A stretch of 64,000 nucleotides of DNA from Bugula neritina (taxonomy: Eukaryota; Animalia; Bryozoa), in contig OZ037767.1 of assembly GCA_964035545.1 (NCBI GenBank), forward strand, positions 8,938,581-9,002,580, read 5' to 3'. The notes below the pieces were generated by a model. It searched no databases. It saw nothing but the letters and a program-made list of their open reading frames with translations, and was not told where the DNA came from. Shown here piece after piece: positions 58,905-64,000 of the stretch (position 1 is its first letter; each line of letters starts with the position of its first letter). The position numbers and the translations under genes were made by a program.

Positions 58905-61900
58905 CATTTATTTCCGTTGACAGATTCTTTCATCTTAATTTTGTAAGAATCTGGAGCATAAATCTTCATATAACCATCTCTGCACATCTTAGGAACATCT
59001 AAAATATTAATCAACAGGGAACTGTTTTATGATAATTAGAAGTTGTCTTCTCATGTTATTTTAAATTTGTTGTATCAATTTATTTTCAAGTAGAACAACA
59101 TTATCAGATATATTGCAGCTTAAGATAAATTGCTAAAATATTTTACAAGGTATTAGCATAAACCTTTAACAATTAAGAGAAGAGATATTTGCTAGATTTC
59201 CTCCACAACATGGCTGCCAGGATAACCCTGATAGCTGGCCAATTCATTGTCATAACAAGTCAACTGCAAAGTGCTCAATGTTTAGAGGTCAAGTGGATCT
59301 GAATTTAACTCATTTACAGCAAATTTGTTCTGGAGAAGCAATAGTTTGCGTAGATACTCACCAAGTACTGGAGTGGTACTCTGTGGTAGGTTACAGTCTC
59401 TATCAGTACTATATACTCCCTTTGGATAAGTCTGCCTGCAGCCAGCAGTTTCCTTCAATAAGTAATGAATAAGAAGATAACTCCCATGTTACAGAGTTGC
59501 CCATTATTTCTGGCAGATAAAAATATATTGATTATAACAAAATAAGCCATAAAGAGGGCTTTTTCTTTTGAAAGCTATAGATGTATACAAATACAAGAAT
59601 ATTGGCTTTGAATAAATTTCAAAAATGTTTTAGTATATTTCAAAGCTGAATAGACATGCAATTTACAGTTGTATAGCAAAGGACTGACTAAGCGCGTAGT
59701 AAGACTAGGAAACCATCAGCTATGCACAGTATAATACAGTTGAATAAGCATCACATAGCAATGTGGCACAAGACTCTTAAATAATGATGAAGTGTATTCC
59801 AACACTGGGTGTGCCCTGGGTGTGTGTTTACATGTGCTTGTTGACAAATTTACAAAAAGATCATTAAGATCATAATTTTTTGCTAATATGACACATGTTG
59901 TATGCTGCTGGCTTCCAAGCCTTCTGATCTCAGATCTCAGGCTATCAAATGTTAATTCTCATTGCATACAAACAGTGGTTCATGTATTGTTTTCATAGAG
60001 GGCTGGAAAAAATGCAGAAAGCCAAAAATACGAAAATTAATTTGCACCCTCTTCAAAGTTGGTTAGAAACTCGTGCCCTAGTAGTAGGTTGCAGCATCTG
60101 CAGAGTAGTAACACTGACAGGGGTGAGCTGAGGTTACTTACACACTGTTCAGGTGTAGAACCTTGGCTAAATAAACAAGGAGGAGGCATGAAGTAAGGGG
60201 GGCTGGAGGGGTGACCCTGCCATGACTGAGGGTGTTCTACCGGCTTGAACATGTGCTGGTGGTCACCTCCATAGTATGCATCCTTGCAACGTATTGGACT
60301 GTCATCATGACCCGGATGTTTCTGCTTTAGAGGCAGCTTTTCCGGCAGCAGATTAGATCTAAAAGTCAAAATTACAGTACACGAGTAGCTACCAACAGAG
60401 CCCTACAGATATATTCAACACTATTACACAGGTAAGCAAACCAACCTGAGATGTTTTGTGTTTTTCCGCTGTAGCCGCGGTGACGGTTTTCGTCTCAACC
60501 GTTCACCAGTTTTAACAGAAGACTTTCTAACTCTCGGCGGGGACTCTTGAGGCCGACTGAGGATACGCTTTCCACCGATTTTACTAAAAATATTTTCTAG
60601 AATACTCGAAGACTTTGTCATGGGTTTAGATTGCTTGCTAACAGAAACAAGTTTGTTAATAGATTCGTTGGCAGACATATTTAATGGAGAAGAGAATGAT
60701 CTGTCATTTTTCACTACATTTACATCTTCGCACATCTCGTTGTCTTCTTCTATTGATTGCAACCTCTTAGTTTGAGCGAGAGATTTGAGATCATTGGGAG
60801 GTGGCTCTGGAATTATAAGTTCTAAATGAGAAGATTTGCAATTGTCCAAGATGTCTGCACTTAGCCATGGTTGAGGTATAGAAGTAGCAATATGTCTGGC
60901 AGACGTCTCAGCAGTGGGAGACAATTCTTCTTTTACAGCGAATGAATTTACCAGCTGCTTCCTGTACGAGCTGGGTTTTGAGTGTTGTAAAAAAGTGTAG
61001 CATTGCCTCTCCGCAGCATAAACAGCCAATGGCAAAGCTCGGTGGATATCGCTGCAAGCACTCATTACTGGAAGTGGTGCGTGGAGAGTTTGAATTTCGG
61101 TCTGTGAGCACTCGGAGTAAGAGATGACTGTAACTGAGGGCTTCACTGACTCATAACTCACACGTGTCACTTCTGCGGCCAGTTCCAGTTGAACAAAATG
61201 AGTCTCTATATTTGCGTAGCATATATTAGTGCGAGTAGGTTTACACTCCATTTTTGTCTGCACTGCATAGTGTATGGACACATGACTATGATGAACTTTC
61301 ACAGCTCCCGTACTGAGTACCTGTAACAATGGTTCACAGAGAGTTGTAACTAGAGATCTATGTAAAGGGTTGTCTCTGAGATGTTGCGGGTCTAGAGATC
61401 TTTTACATGTATTTCCTGTCTTTGCTTTTAAACCCACATTAGCAAAGTTGTTGGACGGAGATGCAGGTTTTGACACTTTACTAACTGTGGTAGATGAACC
61501 AGGTATATTATTTGGAGTTGTGGCATGATGATTATTAGAGCTCTTGCTACCAACTGGCTGTTTATTGTTAGAAAACTGTTTAGGAGGGCTCAGGCGGCTT
61601 TGAAATGCTTTTCTTTTCTCTCCACCACCAGGTTTGTTCACAGCATATTTTGAGTTAGAACCAGATTTGGTGCTCTGGAGGCTTTCATTGTCTTCAGGTT
61701 TTTGATCACCACAACAGTCTGTGGGGCTTAGTAGCCTAGGAGTGGTGGAGTTTTTGAAGATTGGCGTAGGCACTGGCTGACAAACAGGGAGGGCTTCCTT
61801 AATCTTCTTTGGTGAAGAGATTTTGGACAGTTTTGTTTTGGAAACAGTCAATAATGAAGGCTTGAGATTAGGTTTTGGCTTGTCAAGAGATATAGTGGTA

Positions 61901-62367
61901 TCTGTTTTACTGTGTTTTAGTTTTGAGATCATAGAAGATGCAGAGTTTTTCTGACTAATTGGAGCAGATGTTGATTTTTTCATAGGAAACTTGGGAACTG
62001 GAGACGAAACTGGTGCTGATTTGGAAGTAGAGGATGGTTTCTTTAACTGACATACTGTGTTTTTCAAGCCAAACGCAGCTTTGGAACCAACATTCATCCC
62101 AGTTGATGGTTTTTTAGGGTTGCTTTTATCGTTTGGTTGCTTCATTGTGCTCACTGTCTGTCCATCAACAATATCAGTGCTAGGCATGATTTTGGGGGGA
62201 GACAACTTCATCAGCTGTGATTTAGGCAAGGTATCTGGATTATAGTCTGAGAATTTACTTTCTAGTCCATCTTGTATTATATACTTGGAGATCTGACCTG
62301 GGTATGCTTTTGGTCTATTGCCATGCCTAGCATGCAGAAATGGAAGTCTTGACTCTATCTTAGCCAT
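58905..62367 (-). CDS. S/K/P-rich N-terminal exons, most likely the 5' part of the KIF26-like gene
   Basis: Exons 62367(ATG)-60446, 60358-60142, 59452-59362, 58998-58905 have phases 2,0,1,2 and join exon 54433 in frame. The full CDS would be 6462 nt (2153 aa). Includes the 677-aa ORF. An acceptor at 62385 implies a further upstream exon. Confidence 0.72.
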
Positions 62368-63029
62368 TTTTGTCTTATCCTCATCTAAACAAAAACAAAT
62401 CCAGCATAAATTGACAGGAAACAAGTTGAGATAATGCTGTGGAGAATAGATTAACAAACAAAGGCAACCACTAGCCAGAAAATTATATCACCTCATTACA
62501 TGCACACATTAACATCTTCAGAACACTTTATGGTTGTGTTGACTTTTAGAGACTGTTTTGATGAGCAACAGACTGCTGACCTCACCAACTAGGTACCAAT
62601 CTGATCAGATGACTCACTCGGTCATTCAACAGGTGCAGTTACTGCAGTCAGGGAAACAGCTATCTGCGCACTGCATAATATGCAGAGACTGTCTTCTGTA
62701 CTCGAGCTGTGTCAATGGACAAAGGGACGGAATCCATGACTCATGGCAGAGCACTTGAACTGCGCACTTGGCCAACTGAACAGCATTTTTGGCTGATGTT
62801 AGTGACACAATGAGGGTAAAGTTATGCATAACATTAAACACACACAAGAGCAGCTTGTGTTTTAGAGTGTAGATAATGACCCATTGTTTATACATAAAAG
62901 AGTTGAGCACTAACTGACTTCAAACTGCTGCTGCAGCATTATGATAAAGCTGAGTAAACTTCCTTCCATTTATATAATAAACTAAGGCCAGTGAGAATAT
63001 TAGTTATCCTTACAGATGATAGTTTTTTG

Positions 63030-63190
63030 GGAGCAGCCGTGGTCTAGGGGTTAGAGCGTTTGCCTAGTAGGCACAAAGTCATGGGTCGAACCTGGATAAA
63101 GGCCATTAGTGATGCTAGAAAGAATATCATGTCACTGTACCTCATCTGAATAAGTCCTTAGCCTGACTCAACAAAAAAACCCTTCTACCC
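63030..63190 (+). mobile_element. tRNA-derived SINE-like repeat copy
   Basis: gcagccgtggtctaggggttagagc...gggtcgaacctgg head, plus a body shared with the 18635-18800 copy. Confidence 0.55.
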
Positions 63191-63548
63191 TATAAATTTA
63201 CATGAGTTGTTTTACAGATGATCGTTTTCCTTTTCAAGATAACATTTTATTTCATTACATGGTAAAATATGAATTTTTCTGCAATTAGGGTTAGAAATTT
63301 CAAAAAGTTATGCTACAGCTGTTTATCAGTGGCCAATAATATGACATGATAACAGAAAAGTAGTCTGCATGCATGTAGACTGTCAATTTGATGGCATTTA
63401 GATACATGAACTTACTACAAGGAAAAATGAATGATGTCGTGTCATGAAAATAGTATTTATTACAAATGTATTATAAACATGAGTCATGGTAGTGAGGGAA
63501 ATATATGCAAGACTAGTCACAGATGCTGGTGCACTGGAAAATATGGTG

Positions 63549-63710
63549 GAGAGAGTATGCTATATAGAGAATATGCTATAGAGAGAGTATGCTACAGAGA
63601 GAGTATGCTATAGAGAATATGTTACAGAGGGCGTGTTATATAGATTATGCTATAAAGAGAGTATGCTAGAGAGTATGCTATAGAGGGCATGCTATAGAGA
63701 GTTTGCTATG
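63549..63710. repeat. ~15-19-bp tandem repeat agag(a)gtatgctat
   Basis: About 10 degenerate units. Confidence 0.85.
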
Positions 63711-64000
63711 GAATGAGCATGGTGTATAAAAAATTATTCTGAATAAAATCTCAGATAGTTGTCTAGCCTAAAACTGATTTCCATAATGCAAGGAATGTAA
63801 CTGAATGAGTCATAATATAGGCAATGGTTGGTCGAATCCATTCTCCTATTGCTACTGTCATTTGAAAATTGATCCCCTTTTAGGAATTACATTACACCGG
63901 GCTCTTTGATCTGTTTTAAACTTTAATTTCTTTATCTAATCTGATAAGAAGTGTTTTGTTAAATAAAAAAGCCAAGTCTGGTTAAAGTAATAGGATGTAT

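Overview
AT-rich eukaryotic (animal, probably invertebrate) genomic DNA with short GT-AG introns, so most real genes are invisible or fragmented in the ORF track. Exon chains were assembled by hand, checking splice phase at every junction. Apparently intact genes: (1) a 6-exon, 226-aa gene I cannot assign to a family (2787-8577, +); (2) Sm D2 / SNRPD2 (15368-17314, -); (3) a divergent ATG8/LC3 that ends directly in the conjugation glycine, ...EMFG-stop (35791-39925, -); (4) a kinesin-11/KIF26-like gene, 21 coding exons and about 2150 aa if the 5' exons at 58.9-62.4 kb belong to it (41823-62367, -). Damaged or partial genes: a secreted NHL/beta-propeller pseudogene (17818-19554, -); a membrane-anchored protein with about 7 LC8-type QT motifs whose two C-terminal SxIP motifs lie behind an in-frame TAG (22920-25919, +); the 3' four exons only of a phospholipase B1-like GDSL lipase (32533-34008, -); a piggyBac-like transposase remnant; and a heavily decayed membrane-protein relic. 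Repeats include foldback/MITE elements, tRNA-derived SINE-like copies, a nested palindromic (TA)n structure and many mini/microsatellites. No rRNA, intact tRNA or CRISPR array was seen. No database search was run, so family calls rest on motifs recognised from memory.
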